A stretch of DNA of 64,000 bases, taken from NCBI GenBank assembly GCA_963667805.1, contig OY764016.1, forward strand, positions 2,346,998 to 2,410,997. The letters are read 5' to 3'. The DNA is from Candidatus Poribacteria bacterium. GTDB taxonomy: Bacteria > Poribacteria > WGA-4E > WGA-3G. Numbering within the stretch: the stretch's first letter is position 1; each line of letters begins with the position of its first letter. The position numbers and the translations under genes are program-made. A model generated the notes under the pieces. It did not search any database, was not told the origin of the DNA, and saw only the letters and a program-made list of their open reading frames with translations. Of this stretch, positions 27,753 through 38,340 are shown in pieces.

Positions 27753-29858
27753 ATGTTTAATTGGAGAAATTTGTCGTGGAAACATCTATTTGTAGTGCTG
27801 CTGTTACTACACGTCCTCCCACTCTGGATCTTTGCATATTTTCCTTCGCAAGACGGGGCAAGCCATGTTTACAATGGTTTAGTGCTAAAGGAATATGGGA
27901 AACCCGAAAACTACCAGATGCGGAACGCATGGGAACTGAATCTAACGATCTTCCCAAACTGGTTGTCCCACATCTGTTTGTTAGCATTTCTCTACGTGTT
28001 CCCCCCTGTCATCGCTGAGAAGGTACTCCTTACAATTGCGATAGGCATGGTCCCGATCGCTTTCTTCTATTTCTTTAATGCTGTCCACAAAGATGAGAAA
28101 GGACAACCTGTATATGCCTGGCTCGGTTTCCCTTTCGCCTATAACTACCTCCTTTACATGGGGTTTTATAACTTCCAACTGAGCATCTCGTTTTTCTTTT
28201 TCAGTTTCGGGTTCTGGTGGAAGCACAAAGACGACATGCAGGTAAGGTATTTGGTTTGGCTCTACGTTTTGCTACTGCTTACCTATCTGTCGCACATTGC
28301 TTCTTATGGTCTCGTTGTGTTGGGCATCTCCGTCGCGGGCTGTTGCCTGTTGGGGGCACCAGCGATAACTGAAACGTGGCAAATGCGGGATGAAAGATTC
28401 ACGGCACTGTTGCAAGTGCTTGTTTTCAGCCTTAAGCCTGTCTTTCGTTTTCTGCTTTACATGGTGCCGATGTATTTTGTGCTGTTAGACTATTACCTAC
28501 AAAGCACAAAACAACATCAACAAGGGAACCATCGCGGTATGGAATGGGTTTGGGAGTATTTTTGGGGTGTTAAATCGATCGTCTATTTCACCGACTGGCA
28601 TGTTACGGCGAATTATTTTCTCCTCGCCGTATTAGGCATAGCAGTTATCATCTCCATCGGTTACCGAATTCACCGAAAGGAGTGGGTGAAAGGGACGGAT
28701 GCGTTTCTGGTAATTGCGTTCTTGCTTACTTATATGTTCGTTAGGGCACCGTGGAGCTATGGACCGGGAGGATGGATCAACGATAGAATTCACCTCTATA
28801 TTCTACCGATGTTAGCAGCAGCCCTAATTCCGAATATGAATAAAATCCTTCGTTACGCTGTCGTAGCAGGTCTTGTCTTTTTTAGCTTACTCCATTTTGG
28901 CAGGACGGCGTATGATCACGCCCGGATAGCACCGGAGATTGCGGAATTGGTGTCGGGCACACACCTTATAGAACCGCATACAACGTATCAGATGCGGTCG
29001 ATGGAGGACGGTTGGCACAAATCTGAGGCTTTAGGGAGAGTTAAATATGTCACACCCTTTGTCCACCACATGGCACTCTACGGCGTATACGCAGATGATG
29101 TGGCACATTTGGCAAATTACGAAGCCGAATTCAATTACTTCCCGGTAAACCGGAACGATGAGAACGCTCCTGACGATTATCTTGATCGCTGGTACCACAA
29201 AGCACCCGCAGACTATATAGTGGCATGGTATCCGCCGGATACGCCTGAATTTTGGGCATATACCGCCGATTACGACATCATCCACGAGACGAAACATCTC
29301 CAACTTTATCGGAAAAAGCGAGCAGATGGACCGATACTTGAATTATGGGACAAGACAGAAGAAGGGAATTTGATAATTCGCTTCGACATGCAACCCAACG
29401 GCAGCGCAACTGCTCTCGATCATCACGCTATCGGACCTGATACGGAATACGAGAGCGGTAAATTCGGATGGCATACGCGCTCACCCCACGAAGGCTATCG
29501 CGTCTACAGAAGGGCGACAGCACTCGCGCAGGACGGTGTTTGGGGTCAGAGAGATGCCGCATTCAAAATCGACTTACCCAATGGCACCTATCGCGTTACC
29601 AATACCTTCGCTGAAAGAGAAGATGCAGTGCATACGCTTAATTTATTAGCCAACGAAACACAAATACTTAAGGATCTTACAATATCAGACGATGACGAAG
29701 TGCTTCAACATACCTATACGATCGAGGTCACGGAGGGTTATCTCACCCAAGTTATTTTTATATCCAAAGACCGAGTGCGTCATGAAGATGATTGGGAACA
29801 CAAAAACCATTTTTGGATTTGGAACGGCTGCACAGTCGAACAAATACAACCCAAATAA
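27753..29858 (+). CDS. membrane protein with N-terminal polytopic domain and C-terminal soluble domain (possibly GT-C-like)
   Basis: About 10 TM helices in first 400 aa then about 300 aa soluble region; no firm family motif. Confidence 0.4.
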   Translation: MFNWRNLSWKHLFVVLLLLHVLPLWIFAYFPSQDGASHVYNGLVLKEYGKPENYQMRNAWELNLTIFPNWLSHICLLAFLYVFPPVIAEKVLLTIAIGMVPIAFFYFFNAVHKDEKGQPVYAWLGFPFAYNYLLYMGFYNFQLSISFFFFSFGFWWKHKDDMQVRYLVWLYVLLLLTYLSHIASYGLVVLGISVAGCCLLGAPAITETWQMRDERFTALLQVLVFSLKPVFRFLLYMVPMYFVLLDYYLQSTKQHQQGNHRGMEWVWEYFWGVKSIVYFTDWHVTANYFLLAVLGIAVIISIGYRIHRKEWVKGTDAFLVIAFLLTYMFVRAPWSYGPGGWINDRIHLYILPMLAAALIPNMNKILRYAVVAGLVFFSLLHFGRTAYDHARIAPEIAELVSGTHLIEPHTTYQMRSMEDGWHKSEALGRVKYVTPFVHHMALYGVYADDVAHLANYEAEFNYFPVNRNDENAPDDYLDRWYHKAPADYIVAWYPPDTPEFWAYTADYDIIHETKHLQLYRKKRADGPILELWDKTEEGNLIIRFDMQPNGSATALDHHAIGPDTEYESGKFGWHTRSPHEGYRVYRRATALAQDGVWGQRDAAFKIDLPNGTYRVTNTFAEREDAVHTLNLLANETQILKDLTISDDDEVLQHTYTIEVTEGYLTQVIFISKDRVRHEDDWEHKNHFWIWNGCTVEQIQPK

Positions 29859-29955
29859 AGCATACCTTATGGAAGTGCTATATCCGCTGGCGAGGTTTCT
29901 TGGGAAACACCCAATCAAAAACACCTCGTCGACAGAAAAAAGGAGAATTGATTGA

Positions 29956-31149
29956 ATGATTAAACCACATGGAGCCGAAACCTTAAACCCGCTTTACGTT
30001 TCGGATGATGCAGAACGTGCTGCGCTAACCAAAGAAGCAGAACAACTTCCGTCTGTCCTGATCTCGTCAGGTGCCGCCGCATCAGCCGTTATGCTCGCGT
30101 CAGGTTACTTTACACCGCTCACGGGGTATATGAACATCGCTGAAGCGACAAGCGTCGCAACGGATATGAAACTGTTGAACGGGCTCTTCTGGCCCGTCCC
30201 GGTGATGAACATCGTCCCATCGGAGCAGCTGACGGATGCCGTAAAGAACGCCGATAGAATTGCGCTACGCGATCCGAACGTCGAAGGCACTCCGCCGATT
30301 GCTGTTATGAAGGTTTCGGCAATCGAGACACTCTCAACAGAACAGAAACAACTCCTCATTGAAAAGACCTTTGGAACGACTGACCCTGAGCATCCGGGTG
30401 TCCCCGCTTATGCCAACGTCGGAGACAACGTTCTCTCGGGTCCGATTGAAGTCCTGAACTATTCCTACTTCCGCGAGGATTTCCCCGATACATTCCGTAC
30501 TGCGGTTGAGATTCGCGAGGACATCGCTGCGCGCGGATGGGAGACCGTCGTCGCTTTCCAGACACGGAATCCGATGCACCGCGCCCATGAAGGACTCTGC
30601 AAAATCGCACAAGAGGCAGTCAATGCCGATGGCATTCTAATTCATATGCTTCTCGGTAAGCTAAAGCCTGGGGACATTCCCGCTGCTGTTCGTGATGCTT
30701 GCATCCGGACGATGGTGGAACACTATTTCCCCGAAAATACCGTCTCTATCACCGGTTACGGGTTCGATATGCTCTATGCTGGCCCGAGAGAGGCACTCCT
30801 CCATGCCGTCTTCCGTCAGAATTGCGGTGCGACGCACTTCATCGTCGGACGCGACCACGCAGGTGCAGGCGACTACTACGGCGCATTCGATGCACAGGAG
30901 ATTTTCGACACAATCCCTGAAGACGCCCTCGAAATCGGTATCTTCCGTGGTGATTTCACCGTATGGAGCAAAAAGCGCAAGGCAATCATCATGATGAGCG
31001 ACTACCCGCACGATCCAGACGATTATTTCGAGATCTCTGGGACAAAATTGCGTGAGATGCTCGCCGCTGGCGAACCACTCCCACCAGAAATTTCACGACC
31101 CGAAGTCGCGGAGATCCTGACGGCGTATTATCAGTCAGAAGCAAACTAA
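29956..31149 (+). CDS. sat: sulfate adenylyltransferase (ATP sulfurylase)
   Basis: QTRNPMHRAHE and GRDHAG motifs, PUA-like N-terminus, 397 aa. Confidence 0.9.
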   Translation: MIKPHGAETLNPLYVSDDAERAALTKEAEQLPSVLISSGAAASAVMLASGYFTPLTGYMNIAEATSVATDMKLLNGLFWPVPVMNIVPSEQLTDAVKNADRIALRDPNVEGTPPIAVMKVSAIETLSTEQKQLLIEKTFGTTDPEHPGVPAYANVGDNVLSGPIEVLNYSYFREDFPDTFRTAVEIREDIAARGWETVVAFQTRNPMHRAHEGLCKIAQEAVNADGILIHMLLGKLKPGDIPAAVRDACIRTMVEHYFPENTVSITGYGFDMLYAGPREALLHAVFRQNCGATHFIVGRDHAGAGDYYGAFDAQEIFDTIPEDALEIGIFRGDFTVWSKKRKAIIMMSDYPHDPDDYFEISGTKLREMLAAGEPLPPEISRPEVAEILTAYYQSEAN

Positions 31150-31203
31150 TATAGCACTGTGGAAGCGATTCAATATACCAAAAGCATCCCGCGTTATCTG
31201 GCG

Positions 31204-32379
31204 ATGCGCTATCTTGGGAAACGGTGGCGAAGCCTTTACACGTCCCCGTTCTCTTGCACGCGCCTTGTTGATATTTCGGAGCCACAACTGCCAACGCCTG
31301 AGTGGGTTAAGGTTAGAACTCGACTCAGCGGTATCTGTGGCTCCGATCTGGCGACAATCACGGCGAAAGGGAGTCCCTACTTCTCGCCGTTCACGTCAAC
31401 GCCTTTCGTATTAGGACATGAAATCGTCGGGGACATCGCGGAGATGGGTGATGCAGTGGAAGGCTTCTCTGTCGGAACACGAGTGGTGATCGAACCGGCA
31501 CTGTCGTGTCCGGTGAGAGGGATTTCACCACTGTGTTACCAATGCCGAAACCAACGCTTCGCCAACTGTGAAAATATCACAAAAGGCAACATCTCTGGAG
31601 GGGTTCAAACGGGTTATTGTCGCGATACAGGGGGTGGATGGAGCCAATATGTTCTGGCGCATCAGTCGCAACTTCATCTCGTTCCTGATGCTATTTCGGA
31701 CGAAACCGCGGTGCTGCTTGAACCCTTCGCGTGCGCGCTACACGGCGTTCTGAAAATTCCATCTGACAGGACAACCACCCTCTGTATCATCGGGGGTGGC
31801 ACGATTGGACTGCTCACCGTGGCGGCACTTCGGATCCTCGGACACCGCAATCGAATCATCATTTTCGCCAAATATCCGCATCAACAGCGATTGGCGACCG
31901 AACTCGGCGCGGATGACATCCTATCACCGAATAGCGATCGGTATGCCGCGTTCTGTGAACTCACAGGCGCGACATCGCATCAACCGGAGTTGGGACAACA
32001 GGTCTTGCTTGGTGGTGTGGATGTTACTTTCGATTGTATCGGCTCCAGCGTTACCATAGACGACGCGCTCCGTTTTACCCGTGCGGGGGGTGAAGTCATC
32101 TTGGTCGGTATGCCGGGAATCCCCAGAAACGTTGACTGGACTTCGATCTGGTATAAACAGTTACGCGTAACGGGTGCATACACCTACGGGCTCGAAACGC
32201 ATAACGATGAACAGATTCATACCTTCACCCTCGGTATGCGTCTTCTCCAAAAGATGGAAGCGCATTTGCGTCCACTGGTCAGCACGCTTTTTCCACTGCG
32301 GGATTACAAACGTGCTATCCAGACTGCTCTGAATACAGGCAAGACAGCCACAGTGAAAACCGCTTTTGACTTAAGATAA
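31204..32379 (+). CDS. zinc-dependent alcohol dehydrogenase (MDR family, sorbitol/threonine dehydrogenase-like)
   Basis: GICGSDL and GHE zinc motifs, GGGTIGL Rossmann; start set at ATG 31204 (ORF extends to 31159). Confidence 0.75.
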   Translation: MRYLGKRWRSLYTSPFSCTRLVDISEPQLPTPEWVKVRTRLSGICGSDLATITAKGSPYFSPFTSTPFVLGHEIVGDIAEMGDAVEGFSVGTRVVIEPALSCPVRGISPLCYQCRNQRFANCENITKGNISGGVQTGYCRDTGGGWSQYVLAHQSQLHLVPDAISDETAVLLEPFACALHGVLKIPSDRTTTLCIIGGGTIGLLTVAALRILGHRNRIIIFAKYPHQQRLATELGADDILSPNSDRYAAFCELTGATSHQPELGQQVLLGGVDVTFDCIGSSVTIDDALRFTRAGGEVILVGMPGIPRNVDWTSIWYKQLRVTGAYTYGLETHNDEQIHTFTLGMRLLQKMEAHLRPLVSTLFPLRDYKRAIQTALNTGKTATVKTAFDLR

Positions 32380-32396
32380 AATGACCTACGCCTTCT

Positions 32397-34373
32397 ATGA
32401 CATCTCCAGCCACATCTCACCCTCAAAATCTTCCACAAACCGCCTATCCTGCTCACACTGGACTCACACTGCGAAGCGTCCTCATCGGTATGGGAGCAGT
32501 GGTATGTCAATGCTTCGCTACCCCCTATAACGATTTCCACGTCGGTGGCACTTATCTCGCTGGTAATCACTTGCCGATCGCCGTTGTCTTTGTGATGCTG
32601 GTTTTCATCCTCAGCGTCAATGTGCTCCTGAAAAGCTTGAAACGCGGCATTGAACTACAAGGCAGTGAACTCCTCATCATTTGGGGGATGATGATAGTCG
32701 CATCGGGGATCCCTTCCTCGGGGTTGATGCGATACCTCGTCCCACTCGCTGTCAGTCCAGTCTACTTCGCAACCGCCGAAAACGAGTGGATCACCCTCTT
32801 TCATCAGCACCTTCCAGATTGGATGGTTGTGAAAGATCCGAAAGCGGTTTTCTATTTCTATGAACAATTACCCGATGGCGATTCGATCCCATGGCGGGCA
32901 TGGTTGAAGCCTATCGTCGGGTGGAGTGCGTTTGTTCTCATTTTTTATTTCGTTACCATCTGCTGGACAGTGCTTCTCCGTAAGCAGTGGGTAGAACACG
33001 AACGTTTCACATTTCCGATCGTTCAATTGCCACAGGAGATGTTGCAATCCCCCTCAGGGGGTGCCCTCCTGAATCGGTTCTTCAAATCGCGGCTGATGTG
33101 GTTCGGTTTCACGCTGCCGCTCATATTGCACGGGTTGAGGGGACTGCACTCCTACTTCCCAGCCTTTCCGAGGCCGCCCCTCGATTTCCCGATTGCCCAA
33201 TTCTTCACCGAAAAACCGCTATCCGCCCTGGGATGGTGGCCCACGGTGCACCTGTTTATCTACCCTTCCATCGTTGCCATCGTCTATCTGCTGACCCTTG
33301 AAATCTCGTTTAGTTTCTGGTTCTTCTTCCTGCTCGGAAAGATGGAAACGGTGCTTATCTACGCAACAGGCTCAAAAGTGAATCAGTGGAATTTCCACCA
33401 GAATCAACAGATGGGTGCGCTGCTCGTCTTTATCGGATTTATCCTCTTTATCGGTAAACGGCACTTCGGGCGAGCATTTGCTACTATTTTCGGGAAACGG
33501 GCAAGCGATGATACCAATGAACCGCTGCCTTACGTTTGGGCGGCCGGTGGTTTAATCGTAGGGGTTCTGCTGCTTACACTGATATGTCGCATGGCGGGGA
33601 TGAGTGTGTGGGTGGCGCTCGTTATGCTCGGGATTTTCCTCGCCATAACAACAGTCGGAACGTGGATGGTTGCAAATGGTGGTTTGCTGTTTATCATCTA
33701 TTCTTTCCTACCGGGTGAATTCCTGATTACGTTGTTCGGGAGTTCCCGTGTGAACGCCCCGAGTTGGACCTTGGTCGCTTATGAACGGGTCTTGATGTTC
33801 GATATGCGGGAGATTCTGATGCCGGGTGTGATGAACAACTTCAAACTAGCGGAACCGCTACGTCTCAAGCAGCGTCCGTTTCTGCTTGCGATGGGGATCG
33901 CAATCGTTTTAGCGATGGGTGTCTCCTACTATACGTCCTTAGACCTCGCATACACACACGGCGCGGTGAACCTGCAACACTGGACCTATATGATCTCCAC
34001 AACCGTCCCCTTCACCCGACTCACGAGTATCCTCCAAAACCCGACAGGTATTGAATTAGAACGGCTCGGTTCGTTCATCTTCGGGGGTGCCACGATGTTC
34101 GGGATGCTCTGGATGCGACATCACTATCTCTGGTGGAAACTTCACCCAATCGGTGCCCTCTTGATAACCAGTTATGCGTCCTTCTGTTTTTGGGGTTCCT
34201 TTTTCATCGGGTGGCTTTTCAAATACACCGTCCTGAAGTTTGGCGGCGTTACCCTCTATCGTAAACTCCGTCCCTTTGTATTAGGAATTGTGTTAGGCGA
34301 GTGTTTCATCGGCGGTATCTGGATCGTTGCCGGACTTTTTACGGGCATTGGGTATCGCTTGTTGCCGGGTTGA
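32397..34373 (+). CDS. uncharacterized polytopic membrane protein (paralog of 25063..26949)
   Basis: 658 aa, at least 12 TM helices, collinear with 25063..26949. Confidence 0.6.
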   Translation: MTSPATSHPQNLPQTAYPAHTGLTLRSVLIGMGAVVCQCFATPYNDFHVGGTYLAGNHLPIAVVFVMLVFILSVNVLLKSLKRGIELQGSELLIIWGMMIVASGIPSSGLMRYLVPLAVSPVYFATAENEWITLFHQHLPDWMVVKDPKAVFYFYEQLPDGDSIPWRAWLKPIVGWSAFVLIFYFVTICWTVLLRKQWVEHERFTFPIVQLPQEMLQSPSGGALLNRFFKSRLMWFGFTLPLILHGLRGLHSYFPAFPRPPLDFPIAQFFTEKPLSALGWWPTVHLFIYPSIVAIVYLLTLEISFSFWFFFLLGKMETVLIYATGSKVNQWNFHQNQQMGALLVFIGFILFIGKRHFGRAFATIFGKRASDDTNEPLPYVWAAGGLIVGVLLLTLICRMAGMSVWVALVMLGIFLAITTVGTWMVANGGLLFIIYSFLPGEFLITLFGSSRVNAPSWTLVAYERVLMFDMREILMPGVMNNFKLAEPLRLKQRPFLLAMGIAIVLAMGVSYYTSLDLAYTHGAVNLQHWTYMISTTVPFTRLTSILQNPTGIELERLGSFIFGGATMFGMLWMRHHYLWWKLHPIGALLITSYASFCFWGSFFIGWLFKYTVLKFGGVTLYRKLRPFVLGIVLGECFIGGIWIVAGLFTGIGYRLLPG

Positions 34374-34852
34374 TACAGCGTGAAATTGAAAGGGTGTACG
34401 AAAGCAATTTTGGGAACCCCGCAACCAGTTCATGATAGCAAGTCCTTTGAGAATCTGGATGCTATCAACCTCTCATCCATTTACCAGCCGCGCATCATCT
34501 TCACTAAAACCACTCTCCAAACACTGCACCACATGCCACCGAATCTGAAAATAAAACTGACTGACAATACCACCGAATACATACATATCCCAATAAACAT
34601 GCCAAAATACCTTGTCAGATAACGAAAACGTTGATGCCTCCATTCCCCTGCACCTGCCCTATTTCGTGCAATCTGAAATGAGATTTGTCCCTTTCAGTGC
34701 AATTTTTGCTAAGAATATCCGCGGAATACCTATCCAGACTGGCATGAGATTTGCTCATAACATCTATAGTGTGAACTGCGCTAACAAATGACAAGCGGCA
34801 ATTTAGAAACGCAATAGGTCGCTTTGGACTTGAAAAAATTCCTGTGTATTAC

Positions 34853-34869
34853 GGCACACAGTGTGTGCC
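34853..34869. promoter_or_regulatory. perfect palindrome upstream of lipoprotein gene
   Basis: GGCACACA-G-TGTGTGCC, 8-bp arms, 28 nt upstream of ATG 34897. Confidence 0.3.
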
Positions 34870-34896
34870 TACTACTTTTAACGGAGGCAAAAACCA

Positions 34897-35487
34897 ATGT
34901 TGCGTAGAACCGATTCTTTGCGCGTTTGTGTGGCAATCGGCGTGTGGTTACTCACGGTAGGTTGTGCATCGTTGTATCAGCCACTTCCAAAACGAATAGA
35001 GGCGACACACCTATCCTGCGAGACGTATCCAAAACTCGTTGATGGTGATCTTGCCACAGCCAGCAGTCTGAAAGTAAAAAGCTTTATTGAAAAGGGGAAC
35101 ACTGCCTATAGATACAGTATCCGACACGGCGACTGGATAGAAGGAAAAAATAAGGCAGAGGCACTGATTCAACTCGATACACTTACGCCTGTCGCTTACA
35201 TTGAGGTGCATCCAATCTCAACCATTTATCGTCTCTCGGTAGAAACATCGACCGCAGAGACAGCGGATGAAAAAGCATCTCTCTTTGAGCCAGTGAGAAG
35301 TCACAAGATTGCAAGATCCGAAAACGGTGCGGTGATCCGTATCAACATCGACAGACCCGTGAGGATGCTAAGCGTTGTTATCTATGTCAATCGTGACGCA
35401 GCACACGTCACACGGGAACCATTGACGCATAAAACGAAAGTGTCCTTTGAGGATGTTATGATTCGGGAAATTCGGGTGTATCGATAA
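34897..35487 (+). CDS. hypothetical lipoprotein
   Basis: Signal peptide with lipobox LTVGC; 196 aa. Confidence 0.5.
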   Translation: MLRRTDSLRVCVAIGVWLLTVGCASLYQPLPKRIEATHLSCETYPKLVDGDLATASSLKVKSFIEKGNTAYRYSIRHGDWIEGKNKAEALIQLDTLTPVAYIEVHPISTIYRLSVETSTAETADEKASLFEPVRSHKIARSENGAVIRINIDRPVRMLSVVIYVNRDAAHVTREPLTHKTKVSFEDVMIREIRVYR

Positions 35488-35566
35488 AAAGACTTGCAAT
35501 CCCCCTATAACTATGCTAATATAAATTAAAATCAGGAAATCTACAGGCATCCGTTAAAATCATCGT

Positions 35567-37117
35567 ATGAAATACTTCACTTATTTCGGAAACCATCTCA
35601 TCAACGCGAAATTACCAGACAATTCAGAGGTCTATTACGCCAAGCCTCCGTTACCGGGAATCAAGCGCAATGCCCTCAGCGAACACACGCAGCGTGCCTT
35701 TGAAAACCCACTTGCGATGCCGCCGCTACGCGAACTCGTCAACGGCAATTCAAAGGTGCTTATTCTGTTTGACGATAATTGCCAACCCTTTCCCGCCACC
35801 AAAAAGCCGGATATGCGGCAGATTATGATAGAGACGCTTCTGAAGATGCTCTATAACTACGGCGTGGAGAAAAAGAACATCCAACTGATGTGCGCCGTCG
35901 CACTGCACCGCAAGATGAAGGAACACGAACTCGCCTATATGCTCGGAAAAGACATTATGGACGAGTTCTATCCGCATCAACTCCGAAACTTCGATGCAGA
36001 GGATGCCGACCAGATTGCCTACGTAGGACACACAGAAAAAGACGAAATCGTTGAAACGGATAAGGCAGCTCTCGAAGCCGATCTGGTGATTTACGTTGAT
36101 ATGATACAGATTCCGCTCAACGGCGGGCATAAATCCGTCGCGGTGGGTCTCGGCACCTATAACTCCATAGCACCCCACCACTCACCGCACATGACAGCGG
36201 AAAGTCCACACGTCATGCAACCCGACGGTTCGCACATGCACGCCTGTATCGAGCGGATGAGCCGCCTCATTCAGAAAGAGACACCCATCTTGGTACTCGA
36301 AGCAGCGATGAACGGTGCGATCTACCCATTTCATCTGCGCTATGTCGGGAAACCGAACCGCGACTGTAACATCGCAGAGAAAGTGCTGAAAACCTTCACA
36401 CCAGCAACCCTATCACTACTGCCCGAATCACTTCGCTACACGATTCTCAAGAGCGTGCGGACGGACTACGAACCGATGCAAGTCAACGCAGGGGACATTG
36501 ATGCCGTTCACGCGAAGACATTAGCGTCAATGAAGGATCAGTTGGCAATAGATATCCCTCGACAGTTCAGCACATTGGTATTCGGGCTTCCCGATATGAG
36601 TCCCTACGCTGTCGATGCGCGTATCAACCCGGTCTTAGTGGTGAGTGACATTTTAGGCTACGTCTTCAACTGGTTCTATAATAAACCCATCATCAAAAAG
36701 AACGGTGTTGTGATCATTATGAACCCGACTTACGAGATCTTTCATGAAGAGTATCACGTCGCCTACAAGCAGTTTTACGATGAGGTGCTCGCCGAAACGA
36801 CGGAACCGTTTGAGATGCAACAGAAGTTTCAGGAAAAATACGCAAAGGACGCGTATTTAATCGACTGCTATCGGAACAAGTTCGCGCACCACGGTTTCCA
36901 TCCGTTTACCGTCTGGTATTGGGCGACGTATCCGCTGAAATATCTCGCGAAGGTGATCCTCGTGGGTCCCAAGGAACCGAGGGTCGCACAACGACTCGGT
37001 GTTGACTGGGCGCGCAACTTAGATGATGCTCTTGCAATGGCACGTGAAATCTCTGGCGAGGACGATGTCGTTGCCTTGACGATGCCGCCGTTCTTCTACG
37101 CAAACGTTGGAGGATAG
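35567..37117 (+). CDS. LarA-like (DUF2088 / lactate racemase family) protein, divergent
   Basis: Collinear with LarA: VLILFDD..(SDHTRP position), AVALHRKMKEHE (GFHRPSTHEE position), HKSVAVGLGTYNSIAPHHS (HFFAGFSGGRKS position); 516 aa with C-terminal extension. Confidence 0.5.
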   Translation: MKYFTYFGNHLINAKLPDNSEVYYAKPPLPGIKRNALSEHTQRAFENPLAMPPLRELVNGNSKVLILFDDNCQPFPATKKPDMRQIMIETLLKMLYNYGVEKKNIQLMCAVALHRKMKEHELAYMLGKDIMDEFYPHQLRNFDAEDADQIAYVGHTEKDEIVETDKAALEADLVIYVDMIQIPLNGGHKSVAVGLGTYNSIAPHHSPHMTAESPHVMQPDGSHMHACIERMSRLIQKETPILVLEAAMNGAIYPFHLRYVGKPNRDCNIAEKVLKTFTPATLSLLPESLRYTILKSVRTDYEPMQVNAGDIDAVHAKTLASMKDQLAIDIPRQFSTLVFGLPDMSPYAVDARINPVLVVSDILGYVFNWFYNKPIIKKNGVVIIMNPTYEIFHEEYHVAYKQFYDEVLAETTEPFEMQQKFQEKYAKDAYLIDCYRNKFAHHGFHPFTVWYWATYPLKYLAKVILVGPKEPRVAQRLGVDWARNLDDALAMAREISGEDDVVALTMPPFFYANVGG

Positions 37118-37260
37118 TTGTTTTGTTCGGTTTCGCTACGTTGCGTTGGAAATACATCTCGTTGAGAAGGAAAAGATCATTTTGGCAGTGTGCCAGCGTA
37201 TTACATTCCGCTCTACTCAACCTACAACTGTGCAAAGCGATCACATTATAGAAGAGACTT

Positions 37261-38295
37261 ATGAAAGAAACAGATATATTAATACCTACCAGTACTATCG
37301 GAAGTTACGCACCACCGAGTTGGCTGTGCGTTACGTTAGAGGCAATCGGCCGCGGAGAACTCGGTGACACCGACATTAACGAAACCTTCGACGACGCGGT
37401 CCGCGCCGCTATCGCAGACCAAGAACGCGCAGGCGTTGATATCGTCACAGAGGGTGAGATGCGCCGACAAGACTTCGTTCTCGGTTTCTATGAACGGCTC
37501 ACTGGGTTAGAACAACTCCCGGCACCCAGAACACACGGACCCGACGGACACGACCAACGCGGCAAATGGCTGCCCTCCGTTCCGCTCGATGCTCCTGACG
37601 GACTCGGTATCCTCGCAGAGTTTGAATTCGCGAAGAACGAGACGACGAAAACGCTCAAGGTGACATGCCCCGGTCCGTTTACCCTTTCCGGACGGATTCA
37701 GACGGGTGGGATTTATAAAGAACGCCTTGAAGTCGCCTACGCCTGTGCGGAAATTATCAACACAGAACTCCGTCAACTCGTCGCTGCTGGCGCAGAATTC
37801 ATCCAGTTAGACGAACCTTCTTACGCCGTTTATCCGGATCGTCCTGAAGCGTTCGTCAAACTTTTCAACCACACCGTTGAAGGTGTCTCTGCAAAGATTG
37901 GACTGCACATCTGTTTCGGCAACTATCGCGGCAGAGCCGTCGGAAAACGTTCGTATCGTCCGCTCTTTCCGCATATTTTAGACGCAGCTTTCGATCAACT
38001 CGCACTGGAATTCGCAAACCGGGAAATGGCAGAAATCGGATTGTGGAGCGAGTTTCCGAACGACAAAGAACTCGCCGTAGGTCTCATCGACGTCAAAAAT
38101 TATTATGTAGAAACACCAGAGGATGTCGCAGCGCTGCTCCGAGAAGCACTCAAGCACGTGCGTCCCGAAAAACTGTCTATCACACCGGATTGTGGATTCA
38201 GTCAAACAGCACGGTGGGCAGCTGCCGCAAAACTGAAAGCGATGGTCGCGGGTACTGAAATTGTCCGCCGTGAACTTACAAGTGGGACCCTTTAA
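37261..38295 (+). CDS. cobalamin-independent methionine synthase catalytic-domain family protein (MetE-like)
   Basis: UroD/MetE-like fold motifs (IGSYAPPSW, TEGEMRRQDFV, FIQLDEP, LHICFGNY, PDCGF). Confidence 0.65.
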   Translation: MKETDILIPTSTIGSYAPPSWLCVTLEAIGRGELGDTDINETFDDAVRAAIADQERAGVDIVTEGEMRRQDFVLGFYERLTGLEQLPAPRTHGPDGHDQRGKWLPSVPLDAPDGLGILAEFEFAKNETTKTLKVTCPGPFTLSGRIQTGGIYKERLEVAYACAEIINTELRQLVAAGAEFIQLDEPSYAVYPDRPEAFVKLFNHTVEGVSAKIGLHICFGNYRGRAVGKRSYRPLFPHILDAAFDQLALEFANREMAEIGLWSEFPNDKELAVGLIDVKNYYVETPEDVAALLREALKHVRPEKLSITPDCGFSQTARWAAAAKLKAMVAGTEIVRRELTSGTL

Positions 38296-38340
38296 CTTTA
38301 GGTTCGGTTTCCCATTTTAGAAGAGAGGTAGCATAGCGTC

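Noticed and set aside
34380-34622. 80-aa ORF in the long gene-free region
   Set aside because: No SD, odd composition, no motif. The region is more likely non-coding and regulatory.
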